Under the pieces are notes generated by a model. That model was not told the DNA's origin and made no database searches. It saw only the letters and a list, made by a program, of their open reading frames with translations. Source: a virus. From it: DNA of 64,000 nucleotides. A program made the translations under genes and the position numbers. Location: IMG/VR virus record IMGVR_UViG_3300045988_160394, positions 96,001 through 160,000 of that record; one strand, written 5' to 3'. Every line of letters starts with the position of its first letter. Positions within the stretch are counted from its first letter, which is position 1. Positions 21,270 through 32,369 of this stretch are shown here, one piece after another.

Positions 21270-22628
21270 ATGTTATATGCATTTACAAGTATAACTAAAA
21301 GTATAAATATTTTAATGAATTACAATAAAACTATTAATGAAAAAACTGATATAGAAAAAGCAAAAGTTAGGCTATTAAATGAACTATCTTTAATAAAGAA
21401 AATGTCAAAAGAATTAACATTAATTTTATATAGAGAACAAGATAAAAACATTTGTGATGAGCTTTATGATGGAGTTAATGCTTTAATATATATAGCTAAA
21501 AACATAACAACAATAGATCAAGTAAAAGATACAATAAATAAATTAACTGAATTTGATTGTTTAGAAGAATTTAATAATATGAATCTTTATAGAACTGATT
21601 TATGTTCTCCTAGCTATGAAATGTCAAACTATGATAGATATATGGGAGAAGAAGAATTAACAACTAAAGAATGTTCTCAAATTTTAACACACATCAATAA
21701 AACTAGAGCATTTAATATTATGAATACTAGAGCAGGAAAAGGTATAACATTTAGTAAATTAAAAAACCAAGAACATGATAAAATTATTACATATGGATTA
21801 GAACATAGAGATATTTATAACGATTTAAAAGAACGTTGTGATAAAACTATAAAAGGTAGATTAGTAGGTTCAAGAATCTCTAATGAAGTCTTTGATGTTA
21901 TGTATTTAAATCCTGAAGTATCATGGGTAGGTGAATTAACTAACGTAGGGAATTTAGCAGAAAAAAGAGAAAAAAGTTGTTTAAGATATCATACTAAGTT
22001 ATTAAGACCAAATGGAATAGTTATCTATAAAATACCTTTCTCTAGATTAACTAATGATATAGCATATAACATTGCAAAGATGTTTAATGATGTACAAGTA
22101 ATAAAAAGAGAAGATAATAGAATACAAGAGATTTTAATCTTTGGTATAAAAGATCAATCTCCTCAACCTAAAGAAGATATCTATGAATATTTAAAGAATT
22201 TAGAATATAATCAAATAGATGACGATTTAGAATTAACATATGAATTACCTCAAGGAGGAATTAAAACTCCTGATATATTTAGAGGTAGTGAATTAGATAA
22301 AGATGATATGTCTAATTTAATTCTTAATAGTGGTCTTATAGATAATTTCTGGAATGAAATAGATGCAAGTAAGCAACAAGAAGAAGCTAGACCATTAATG
22401 CCTTTTAATATGGGGCAAATAGGATTAGTCCTTACATCAGGATGTTTAGACGGCTTAGTTGAAGAATATGAAGGACAATATCATGCTATAAAAGGTATGG
22501 TTGTTAAAGTAAGAAGTAATAATGTTTCTAGTGAAAGAAGTAATGAAGAAATAGATATAGAAACAGTTTCAAATAAAGTACAAATAAATATAGTTACACC
22601 AGATGGTGAATTTGTTGAATTAGCATAA
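21270..22628 (+). CDS. SAM-methyltransferase-like protein (tentative)
   Basis: Motif-I-like NIMNTRAGKG and motif-IV-like DVMYLNPEVSW (an NPPY variant). Paired with the downstream helicase. Confidence 0.45.
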   Translation: MLYAFTSITKSINILMNYNKTINEKTDIEKAKVRLLNELSLIKKMSKELTLILYREQDKNICDELYDGVNALIYIAKNITTIDQVKDTINKLTEFDCLEEFNNMNLYRTDLCSPSYEMSNYDRYMGEEELTTKECSQILTHINKTRAFNIMNTRAGKGITFSKLKNQEHDKIITYGLEHRDIYNDLKERCDKTIKGRLVGSRISNEVFDVMYLNPEVSWVGELTNVGNLAEKREKSCLRYHTKLLRPNGIVIYKIPFSRLTNDIAYNIAKMFNDVQVIKREDNRIQEILIFGIKDQSPQPKEDIYEYLKNLEYNQIDDDLELTYELPQGGIKTPDIFRGSELDKDDMSNLILNSGLIDNFWNEIDASKQQEEARPLMPFNMGQIGLVLTSGCLDGLVEEYEGQYHAIKGMVVKVRSNNVSSERSNEEIDIETVSNKVQINIVTPDGEFVELA

Positions 22629-22645
22629 TAAAGGAGGAATGAAAA

Positions 22646-25600
22646 GTGGACTTATTTAGAATATCTGCAAATGGACTAGGCAGTATTTATTCTGATACTG
22701 TTATATTAGATAGTTATGAAAATGAAATAGTATTCTTTTCAGCTGTAGCTTACAATCCATTAATACAAGCTACAGTAAAACAAGTCTCAAAAGCAGGTTC
22801 ATTTGTATATGTTACTAATTCAGGTTCTTACAAATGTCCTAGACAAGGTTACAATACATCTATAAAAAGAGAATCAAATAGTGAATATTCTCATGTAGTA
22901 GCTTATGCAAAAGACAAGGTAGAATATAGAGAAGACGGATCAGAATTAATAAGAGTATATATATATTGTAAAGATGAATCTGAATTAGTAGAGAAGACTT
23001 ATGATAAATTAGTTAAGTATTCATCTATACCCGTACTTGATGAATGGAAAAGCTATGTTTGTGAAAAATTAATAGCTAATAGATTTTTAAAAAAATTAAG
23101 CGTAAAAACAAATAATAATTCTTTTTCATCAAATTGTTATAAATTAATATGTAATAAAGATTCTATAAAAACAATTATTCAAAGAGGCTTAAAAGAAAAA
23201 GCTATTAATATTAAAGGTAATAACAATCCTTCTGCATTAATGTCAGAAATAAAAGGATTAGATGCTTACTTATCTACATTTGGAGAAATATTGGCTCATA
23301 AAATACAAACAGCTTTTAGACCAAGATTTATTCCAGGAGAAGATAAGTATGATGACTTTACTAATTATTTAGATGATTATGTGTATGATGAAGCTAATAT
23401 TGAAGTATTTGAAGCTCAAAAATCAGTTATTCAAGCGATAACTAATAGTTTAAAAGTACATGACTCTGCTTTCTTAATAGCTGAAATGGGTGGAGGAAAA
23501 ACTTTAATGGGAGCTTCTATTCCATATGTTCATCATGCTAATAGAAATAAAGGTTATAATTCTATAGTAATGTGTCCTTCTCATTTAGTTAATGTTTGGG
23601 ATAGAGAAATTACTGAAAGAATACCTAATGCTAAAGCTTATATCATAAGAGATTATAAAGAACTTATAGACTTAGAACCTAAGCTAAGAAATAAGAATAA
23701 AGTTGAAAATTCTTATGTTATAATTTCTAAAGAAAGAGCTAAATTAGGTTATGATGTAAGACCTGCCGCTATCTGGAGCCGAAGTAAAAATACCTTTGTA
23801 TGTCCAGAATGTGGACAACCTTTATATACAAAAGAGTATGAAGGTAGTGGCAGACATAAAAGAGTAGTTCATGTTCCTTTTAATGAAACTAGTATGTTAA
23901 AACAATTAGCTTACAATAAAAGATGTATGAATGAAATAAAGAAATGGAATGCTAAAGAAGGTAAGTACGACGTTGTACATTGTAATGCTTCTTTATGGAC
24001 TCCATTAAATAAAGAAGACCAAGACCATAAATGGTTAAAGTTAGGTTCTGAAGGTTGGACTTATAAAGACCACGTAGTTACTCTAGTAAATAGATTAACT
24101 AGTTTAGAATCATTAACAAAAAAAGAATCTGCTTTATTAGCTAAACTTATGGAACAGTATGAGCTAATACAAGCAGGAGAAGAACCTTTTTCTAATTATA
24201 AAGGAATAAGAAAATATCCTATAGCAAAGTATATAAGAGAGAGAATGAACAATGTATTCGACTATTGTATAGTAGATGAATGTCATGAAATGAAAGGCTT
24301 AACTGAACAAGGTCAAGCCGCTGCTGATTTAATTTCATCTTCTAAAAAATCTATTTTATTAACTGGTACGCTATTAAATGGATATGCAGATGGTTTATAT
24401 TATTTATTATGGAGAACCGTTCCTAGATTAATGAGAAAAGAAGGTTTTAAATTCTCTGATGAAGGAGAGTTTGCTAGAATATACGGAGTTCATTCTAGAG
24501 AGTCTAGATTCTTAATGAGAAATGGATTAAGACAAAGACGTGTAGGATCTATCAAAGAAAAGAGATTACCAGGGGTATCCCCACTAGCATTTACAAAATT
24601 CTTATTAGAATACGCAGTGTTCTTATCTTTATCAGATATGTCAACAGGATTACCAGGATATGAAGAAATTCCTGTACCCGTTGCTATGGATTATGAATTA
24701 TTTAATGCTTACAGTCAATTTGAAGAAGCTTTTACTTCTTATGTTAGAGGAAGAGGAAGTAAGAAATGCATGGGGCCTTTCTTACAAAACTTATCAGCCT
24801 ATGCTGATTGCCCTCATATGGTTTCTCCTATTGTAGATCCTGATACTGGAGATATAGTATATACTCCTGTAGAATTGCCAAAACAACAAAGAAATAAAGA
24901 AGATGCTCTTTTAAGTTTAGTAGAAGAAAAAGTTAGAAATGGAGAAAAAGTTTTATTATACTATTCATGGGTTAATAAAACAGATGTTGGAGATTCATTA
25001 TTAAATCTATTAAAAGATAATGGTATAACAGCTTTTGAAATGAAATCGAATGTTACTTCTGATAAAAGAGAAGAATGGATAGAAAAGCATATAGCTAAGG
25101 GAATGCAAGTAATGATTTGTAACCCTAAATTGGTTGAAACAGGTTTAACACTGCTAGATTTTACATCCATTATATTTTATCAAATGGGATATAATTTATT
25201 TACTATGAGACAAGCTAGTAGAAGAAGCTGGAGGTTATCTCAAACAAAAGATGTTAAAGTATATTTTATGTATTATGAATCCTCTATTCAAGAACAAACT
25301 TTGAGTTTAATGGCTACTAAATTACAAGCTGCTATGGCACTTGAAGGTAAATTCTCAGAAGAAGGTTTAAGAGCAATGAGTAATAATGAAGATTTATTAA
25401 CTCAAATAGCTAATAATGTTGTAGAAGGAATAAAAGATACAGTTAATCAAGAAATCTTTAAAGCAACAGCTTTTATAAAATCAGATGAAGTAATTAATAG
25501 AGAACATTTGTTGCCTTCTTATATATTTAAAACTAATTTTAATGAATTAGGAGAACAATCAATATTCTCTAAGAAATCATTACAAGAAATACCTGATAGA

Positions 25601-25657
25601 AAAGTAGTTGATGTCAATGAAGATTTTTTAAAGAATCCTATATCTTTATTCCTATAA
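22646..25657 (+). CDS. SF2 (DEAD/DEAH-like) helicase with internal Zn ribbon
   Basis: AEMGGGKT (I), VDECHEMKG (II), LLTGTLLNG (III), QASRRSWRLSQ (VI), CPECG...C Zn ribbon. GTG start after AAGGAGGA. Confidence 0.75.
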   Translation: MDLFRISANGLGSIYSDTVILDSYENEIVFFSAVAYNPLIQATVKQVSKAGSFVYVTNSGSYKCPRQGYNTSIKRESNSEYSHVVAYAKDKVEYREDGSELIRVYIYCKDESELVEKTYDKLVKYSSIPVLDEWKSYVCEKLIANRFLKKLSVKTNNNSFSSNCYKLICNKDSIKTIIQRGLKEKAINIKGNNNPSALMSEIKGLDAYLSTFGEILAHKIQTAFRPRFIPGEDKYDDFTNYLDDYVYDEANIEVFEAQKSVIQAITNSLKVHDSAFLIAEMGGGKTLMGASIPYVHHANRNKGYNSIVMCPSHLVNVWDREITERIPNAKAYIIRDYKELIDLEPKLRNKNKVENSYVIISKERAKLGYDVRPAAIWSRSKNTFVCPECGQPLYTKEYEGSGRHKRVVHVPFNETSMLKQLAYNKRCMNEIKKWNAKEGKYDVVHCNASLWTPLNKEDQDHKWLKLGSEGWTYKDHVVTLVNRLTSLESLTKKESALLAKLMEQYELIQAGEEPFSNYKGIRKYPIAKYIRERMNNVFDYCIVDECHEMKGLTEQGQAAADLISSSKKSILLTGTLLNGYADGLYYLLWRTVPRLMRKEGFKFSDEGEFARIYGVHSRESRFLMRNGLRQRRVGSIKEKRLPGVSPLAFTKFLLEYAVFLSLSDMSTGLPGYEEIPVPVAMDYELFNAYSQFEEAFTSYVRGRGSKKCMGPFLQNLSAYADCPHMVSPIVDPDTGDIVYTPVELPKQQRNKEDALLSLVEEKVRNGEKVLLYYSWVNKTDVGDSLLNLLKDNGITAFEMKSNVTSDKREEWIEKHIAKGMQVMICNPKLVETGLTLLDFTSIIFYQMGYNLFTMRQASRRSWRLSQTKDVKVYFMYYESSIQEQTLSLMATKLQAAMALEGKFSEEGLRAMSNNEDLLTQIANNVVEGIKDTVNQEIFKATAFIKSDEVINREHLLPSYIFKTNFNELGEQSIFSKKSLQEIPDRKVVDVNEDFLKNPISLFL

Positions 25658-25781
25658 TTCCTGTTAATATAATAATAAGAAGATAGAATTTTATATCGAA
25701 TAATACTTTTTTGATTTTTAATACTTTATAATAGATATAAAAGATTCTATCTTTTTATTTTTATTTAAGGAGGAATTTAAA

Positions 25782-26090
25782 ATGGCTTTACATTTAAAAA
25801 GAATAACAGATCCGTATTTTTGTTGTCATTGTGACATAACTAGAAAAATGCTTGTTTATGGAGACTATTATTATGAGGATGATGAAGACGGATTTATTGT
25901 AGATTATAACTATTATTATGATAGAAAGATGGCTCAGAAAACTGCTGAAGCTTTACAAAATCCAGAGATTCAACATGCTTTAGATTCTATGTCTTATAAA
26001 ATGCAAATGAGAGAAGCAGAAAGAGCATTTTTTGATAAGAATTTATTTAAAAGAAAAATAGCTACAGATATGGTTCATAAGGAGGAATAA
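25782..26090 (+). CDS. hypothetical protein (102 aa)
   Basis: Intact ORF with RBS AAGGAGGA. Confidence 0.45.
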   Translation: MALHLKRITDPYFCCHCDITRKMLVYGDYYYEDDEDGFIVDYNYYYDRKMAQKTAEALQNPEIQHALDSMSYKMQMREAERAFFDKNLFKRKIATDMVHKEE

Positions 26091-26092
26091 TA

Positions 26093-29000
26093 ATGCCACC
26101 TATTAATAAGATACCATTTAAAGTGAAATTAATGTCAGAATCATTAGCTGGCAAAAGTTATGATAAATCTAATATATCAAAACAATTTATTGTAATACAC
26201 AATATGGTTGGAACATCTGAAAGTTCCCTAAAATATTGGAATAGTGGCTCAGGTGGTCAATACACTTCTGCACATTATTGTGTAGATGATAAAGAAATTT
26301 GGCAAACTTTAAAAGATCAATGAGCAGGTCGACATTGTGGGAAACCTAGTCCTTGGGCAACTTTAAAGGGATGTAATAATAATACCTCTATTGGTATAGA
26401 AATAGCAGATATGCTTTGTAACCAAAAACAAGCTGTAGATAATGCTATTGATGTCGCTAGACATTTAGCAAAAGTTCATGGGATTCCATATGAAAATATT
26501 GTTAGACATAAGGATGTGTCTAATACTGATTGCCCAAAATGGATAGAAAGTCATAATTTATGGGATTATTTTAAAAAAGAAGTAGAAAGAAGAGATCAAG
26601 AAAACGTAGAATTGTGTTATGATCCTTCTACCGCAATATCTGGAGATGTTACACCAGGAGACAACGGTACTGCGTCACCAGAGACAGGTGGAAGTCAAAC
26701 TCTTCCTAACTTTGATAATAGGGAAGATTGAACAAATCTAAAAGAAATAAAAGGTGTTGTATTAGTTTGCATGCCTCCTCAACATTTTACTACTTTAAAA
26801 GATAAAGATGAAAAATGGGCAAAAGAAAAGTATGCTAAGGAGTTCCATTTTCTATATGATACTGAATGGAAAGAAGGTAAAGAAAAAACCTTAATAGCTA
26901 GATCATTGTTAGATAATGATAGGCACACTTATATAGAAAGAGCTTTATATAATAATAAAGCAGAAAAATCAGTATTAAGTGTAGGTATGTTTTTACCTCC
27001 TATGTTAGATGATTATCCAGCCTATGAAAAAAAATTAATAGATAATTTAGGCAAAGTAATTTATGAGAATAAATTAAACACTAAAGATCTATGGAGAGAA
27101 TTTGATTTCAATAGGACACCATCACCATTTATGTATCTTGATAGAGAACAATGGAAAAAGTTTTTAAGAGAGATAGATAAGCAAGTTAAATGGAGATATG
27201 AGAAATTTGGAGAACCTCTTCAACCAGAGAAAGATCCAACTCAAGATAATACTGATTATTCAAATATAAAAGAGAATATAGGTAAAGAAACAGTTACTTC
27301 AAGATATTGCTTATTAAGAGCAAATCCTAGCATGACTAGCCCAATAATACTGGCTTTAGAAAAGGATGTGCCTTTAACAATTACAGATGCAGATACTAGA
27401 GGCTATTATAAAGTTAAATTAGCAACAAATCAAAAAGAAGGTTGGTTAGTCGCTAAGAGCGTTAAAATAGAAAAAGAAGAAGAAAAAGCTACTTTAAAAC
27501 CATTAGTATTAGCTGCTGTTAAAGAAAAAGATATTCCTCAGCCAGAGATAACTCCAACTATGACTCATGACCAATATTTAAAATGGAAAGAACTAACCGA
27601 TCCTAAATTAATAGATGAATTTGTTGGAGAGTGTGAACCTTACGATAAAGGACTAAAAGAAATCATAGATTCAGCTGTTAAAAATGATGATAGATTAACA
27701 TCTTTAACTAAGAATATGGAAACAGAGAATAACTCTACTATTAATTATTCAGTTACAGAAGCATCACCAGGAGATTCTGGTCATTGTGTTAAGCCTTCTG
27801 CTGAACTTAATGTATTAATAAAACCTAGAGAATCTATAAAAGTAGATCCTGTTTATCCTGATTTAATTGTTCCTCCAAATTACACTCCAACTGATTATAA
27901 TATAAGGTCTCAAAATTCTATTCCTATGGCTACATTAGAAGACGGATCTTTAATAAAAGACGCTAAAGATTTCGATAATGATCAATTAACGTTTGATTAT
28001 GAGCTATTAAATGATAAGAAAAAGATATCTAAAGGTAAACCTATTAACTATTTGGACCCTTATCCATATGATGATAAAATAATAGAACTAGAAAAACATC
28101 ATCCTAAAGTAAAGATAGATGAAATAGAAGCTAGACTATATGAAAGCAATCATCCAGGGGACCCTAGTTCACAACCAATGGCTAAAAATTTTGCATTGGT
28201 TTATGATGCTATGTTAAAACAATCTAGTAGTATAGAGAAAAGACTTGTGAAGATAGAAAATGTATTAGCTAATGTATTACGTAATCAAGGTAGAATTGGT
28301 TCAAGAATAAACGTAAATTGTGTTTATTATGGAGGTCAAGACTCCTTTGGAAAATATAAAACAATTAGATGTTTATGTGATGATAGAATACATGATGCAA
28401 GTTCTGTTACATTAGACCAATGTTTATCTTGTACTAGATACGAACCTATCTTAGGACAAGTATATGATATTCTAGATGATACAGGTATGAATGGAACTGT
28501 ATTCTTAGATAACATGCAAATGGGTTATATGAATTTAGATGATTTAAAAAATCTTAATAGAGTTGAAAAAAGATGTACTTCTAATGAATATGCAAATGTT
28601 AATAAAGAGATGGAAAAACCAGAATCTCAAATTAAGAGATGGGAAGAATCTGATAAGAAGATATATATAGAATCTCTTAAGAAAAAGATTACTGACGAAA
28701 AGGAATTAGATAAAAAGATAAAAGAGATAAAACAAGAAGATTATAGCTTCAAAATGAATTGGTATGAGCAAGATTTAGATGTTCAAGAACCAGATGTAAA
28801 ACCTTATCCATTAGAGGGAATTAAAGCTAGGTATAAAAAAATAAATCTAAGTAATCCAGGAGAAGAATCAGATAACTATCTAGAAAAAGAATCTGTATTA
28901 GATGATTCTACAGATCAAGATACTATAAAAGATATGACTGATTTAGAGAAATTAAATAATGGAGAATGGGTTGATACTAGAGAGGAAGCTGATACTACTG

Positions 29001-30247
29001 AAATAAATAAATATTCTTCTGAAGATTATTATTTTGAAGATTTTAATATAACTAGAGCAAGTAGTGGTGTAGGCTCATCACCTAGTGGAGTATTTGGAGC
29101 AGAAGCTCGTAAAAAAATTGTTGAGAAGGCTAAAGAAATTGTTCAATTACATGCAGAAGGCAAAGCAGGATATTCTCAAGGATCACCTCCTGGAAATAGA
29201 ACTGTTAATGACGAACACCGTATAATGGGTAGTAATTCTGTATTAAGTAATGTAGTAGTTTATGATTGTTCTTCATTTGTTTCTTGTTGCTATAAATATG
29301 CTGGATTAAATAGTATGTATAATAAAACTACTTACGATCAAGTAGCAGCAATGACAAGTAAAAAAATGCCTGAACAATTTTGGTTAGCAAATGCAGAAGG
29401 AGTAAAAAAAGCGTTACCAGGGGATTTAATGTTTAAAACCTCAGGTATATCAATGTCAGAAAGCAATATAGGTTCTTATGTTGATACAGAGCATGTAATG
29501 ATATATATAGGAGATAACAAAGTAGCACATGCTTCAAGTGGTAATAGACCAGTTCCAAAACAAATACCTATAGATAATGTTGATTATTATTTAAATTCAA
29601 GACATTTCTTTGCAAGACCTTGGGATTTAATAGAAGCTGATAAACAAGCTCAAGCTAATGGAGTTATAGGTGGAGGAGCTGAAGCAGTAGGAAACATAGT
29701 TACATCTAAAGGAGAAAACTTTGGCTATGTATACTCTTTCCCTAAAGCAGTTTGTTCTGTATATACCGATACTAATAAAGGTGCAAGTGGTGCTATGTGT
29801 ATACCAAGCGAAAGTAATATAGTAGCAGCTCATAATATGCCTTATGAAACAGTTATTTATATTAAAGAACTTGATGGAAAAGGCGGAGGAGGAACTGTTG
29901 CATTTAAAAACTGGTTAGGTATAACTACTCATACTAAAAATTTAGGTCAAGTCAATAACGGAGTCTTTATCGTTGGTGATACTGGTGGTCCATACTTTGA
30001 CTTTGATATATGTACAAATAAGTTTTCTAACAAAGGGAATATGGATGTTTTAGTGTTAGAATGGGGTAAATCAAAAATTCCTTTCTGGTCTTTCACAGAT
30101 GCAATTAACAATGAAGGTAGAGCTTTCCCTAAATATCCAGATGCTATTAGATCATATAAACGTATGAATGGAACAACAATTAACTTCTTTAAATTCAAAG
30201 ATAAAGATAAAGGATTAAGTCAAAGTTCAAAATGGACTTCTATTTAA
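26093..30247 (+). CDS. 1384-aa multidomain peptidoglycan hydrolase (Amidase_2 + SH3 + NlpC/P60 + 3D/DPBB-like), decoded with TGA=Trp
   Basis: ORF-track pieces 26093..26323, 26411..26731 and 26771..30247 share one frame and are joined by TGA at 26321 and 26729. Amidase_2: FIVIHNM...SAHYCVD...[TGA]AGRHCG...NNTSIGIEIAD...HKDVSNTDCPKW. SH3: RYCLLRANP...GYYKVKL..EGWLVAKSV. NlpC/P60: VVYDCSSFVSCCYKYAG...EHVMIYIG. C-terminal end: FIVGDTGGPYFDFDIC. Confidence 0.8.
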
Positions 30248-30266
30248 AAAAATTTTTTTAAAAAGT

Positions 30267-30351
30267 GAATAATCTTAGAGAGAAGTCATATAGTAAAATC
30301 ATGAGAGTAATCTTTACGACTCATAAACTCTCTCTCGATTATTCTTTTTTT
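30267..30351 (+). terminator. long irregular hairpin plus T run (terminator of the hydrolase gene)
   Basis: gaataatcttagagaga...tctctctcgattattc encloses nested helices (atgag...ctcat) and is followed by ttttttt. Confidence 0.6.
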
Positions 30352-30440
30352 GATCTTTTGATATTTTGAACACGATTATGCTTATTTTTGTCTGCATAAT
30401 TAAACCTCCTAACTAACTTTAATTTGATATATAAATTAGA

Positions 30441-30473
30441 AAGAACACCTGAACGGATGGGTGTTCTTTTTTT
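30441..30473 (+). terminator. intrinsic terminator
   Basis: aagaacacc-tgaacggatg-ggtgttctt (9 bp) followed by a T run. Confidence 0.8.
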
Positions 30474-30559
30474 ATATATGAATATACTAATATTAGACAA
30501 AGGTCAACTAGTTAAACTTAGCCGAAGGGCATTTGAATAATAAATAGGAGGAATAAGTT

Positions 30560-30688
30560 ATGGCTTTGTATCCAAATAAGTTTTCAAGTGATTCTTCATT
30601 AAAACCTAAAAAGGAGGCGAAGAAGATGGCTTGTAAAGGAAAAAAGAAAACTACTAAAAGCGGCAAATGTGGAAAAGGAGGTAAATAA
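30560..30688 (+). CDS. small Lys-rich peptide (42 aa; alternative 20-aa form from ATG 30626)
   Basis: The strong RBS TAGGAGGA is 8 nt upstream. A second AAGGAGG lies before the internal ATG. Ends TAA, and the next gene is coupled. Confidence 0.35.
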   Translation: MALYPNKFSSDSSLKPKKEAKKMACKGKKKTTKSGKCGKGGK

Positions 30689-30690
30689 TT

Positions 30691-31017
30691 ATGATAGGTA
30701 ACATAGTATATCTTCATTTATTTAAATTACCTGAAACATTAGCTGTTAAACAATCATTAGACAAACATAGATTTGTTAAAATCATAGAAGAAACTCCTGT
30801 TCAAGGTGGTAAACAAGGAGAACAATATATAAAATATAAAGGTGAATCTTTATATGATAGTAAAAAAGTTTATGAATTTAATAATTATTTAAGTCCTTTT
30901 AATTATTCAACATTAGAAGATTTAGATAGTATTGTTGAAAGTTTAAAAAACATTTTGCTTCCTAGTAATTATGATGATATAATCAATATGATAAATGAAG
31001 TAAAGGCTATTAAATAA
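30691..31017 (+). CDS. hypothetical protein (108 aa)
   Basis: Intact ORF with RBS AAGGAGG. No terminator lies between it and the downstream non-coding region. Confidence 0.5.
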   Translation: MIGNIVYLHLFKLPETLAVKQSLDKHRFVKIIEETPVQGGKQGEQYIKYKGESLYDSKKVYEFNNYLSPFNYSTLEDLDSIVESLKNILLPSNYDDIINMINEVKAIK

Positions 31018-31021
31018 TTTA

Positions 31022-32369
31022 TTATATGGGTGTCGAAAGACTCTTGTTGTTGGTGTACTACGGAGTGTCCCTTAAGCACTTTAAAACCATCAATGGGTAT
31101 GGACATTTAAAACCCATGCCACTGTTCCGTGAATGACGGGTATCGTAAGAGTAGAATATCATTCACTTGTATTGTATGCAATATTAGTCAAGGATAGAAA
31201 TGGCTTCTATCACGCTACTAAAAAGTAGTTGTCAGAGATGTAGGGTTGCCAAACTTACTAACTAATTAGCAAAACTAACTTCGGTATCAAATGATTCAAC
31301 TTTATAGCTAGTGTAATGTCCGTTAAGCATTTAAAAGCTATATGATCAATGAAACTTATGAAAGGCAGAATTATAAGTGGAGATCATCATTCAGGTTTAT
31401 AGTTAGATCCTGTTATGCTTACTTTATTGAATTATAAAATAATCTTTAAAAATAAAATTAATAATGGCGTTAATTGAAAATCTTTTATCACAATAAAACA
31501 ATAAAGGAAAAACATAAAAAAGCTATAATCATAACGATCATACTGATATTTCCTACGGGTTGTCAGTTAATAAATGGAGGCGAGTTGTCCGCAGAATTAA
31601 CCGTAATAGTGGGGATTAATACACTAGGCAATAAATCTACTCCTACATCTAATAGGGTTAGTAGTCTTAGAAAGACTATAATCTTAAAAGGGCAAGGTAA
31701 CAGCTAGAGCACAAATCCTAATCTGAGAAGTTAGGTCGCATTAAGTGGTAAGACACTATTTTTTAAATAAAATCAGTTACTAAAATCTTAATTGACGTGA
31801 GCATTCTTCTTCAGCTATTAATGAAGATGAAAATAAGTCTCTTCTCAGCAGTTGAGTATATGCTATGACTAGTAAAATAGTCTATCCAATATGAGGAGAA
31901 ATATCATATGCGTGGTGGATACAGGTGTATGACATATAGCAGGTCAGTTACCATCGCACTGGCTGTCAATTTAACCTGTAATTTTAATAGAGATCCCCCT
32001 AGGGCTATGTCATTAGGAATAATGTTAACCCCAACTGAGGGCCGTTTAAATCGTTACGAAGTACAAGTAACACTGTAATAGGGACATAAGCTGAGTTCAG
32101 TACGGCTACTACAAAAACATTAAAATCTCGCTACCGTCTAACATAATCCTCTATCATGTTTATTAGCTAAGTTAGACTAGATAATAATACTAAGATAGAT
32201 GCCTAGTTTTGCGAGGGGTCTAGGGTTAATTAGAATTAAAAGTACCTCTCTTTACGGAAATGGGTTACCAGGGTAATTCCCCCTGTAATGTATGTGCTTT
32301 ATGTTTTTTCAATTTTTAGGCTGAAAGAGCCGTCAAGGAGATCGGTTAAGGATACTGATCTCCTAATAT
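31022..32369 (+). ncRNA. candidate large structured non-coding RNA (about 1.35 kb; possibly two RNAs split by an AT-rich stretch at 31440-31545)
   Basis: No credible ORF in any frame even with TGA as sense. G/C visibly enriched compared with the flanks. Many short G/C-rich helices, some with GNRA-type loops: 31032-31041 gtc-GAAA-gac; 31093-31117; 31193-31211; 31997-32004; 32269-32285; 32319-32331; 32337-32363. Bounded by a tRNA-like element and a terminator. The + strand is inferred from these. Confidence 0.45.

Noticed and set aside
30314-30397. A 27-aa minus-strand ORF with a perfect AGGAGG RBS.
   Set aside because: It lies inside terminator hairpins in the convergent orientation and has no recognisable features. 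It is mentioned in a finding but not annotated as a gene.
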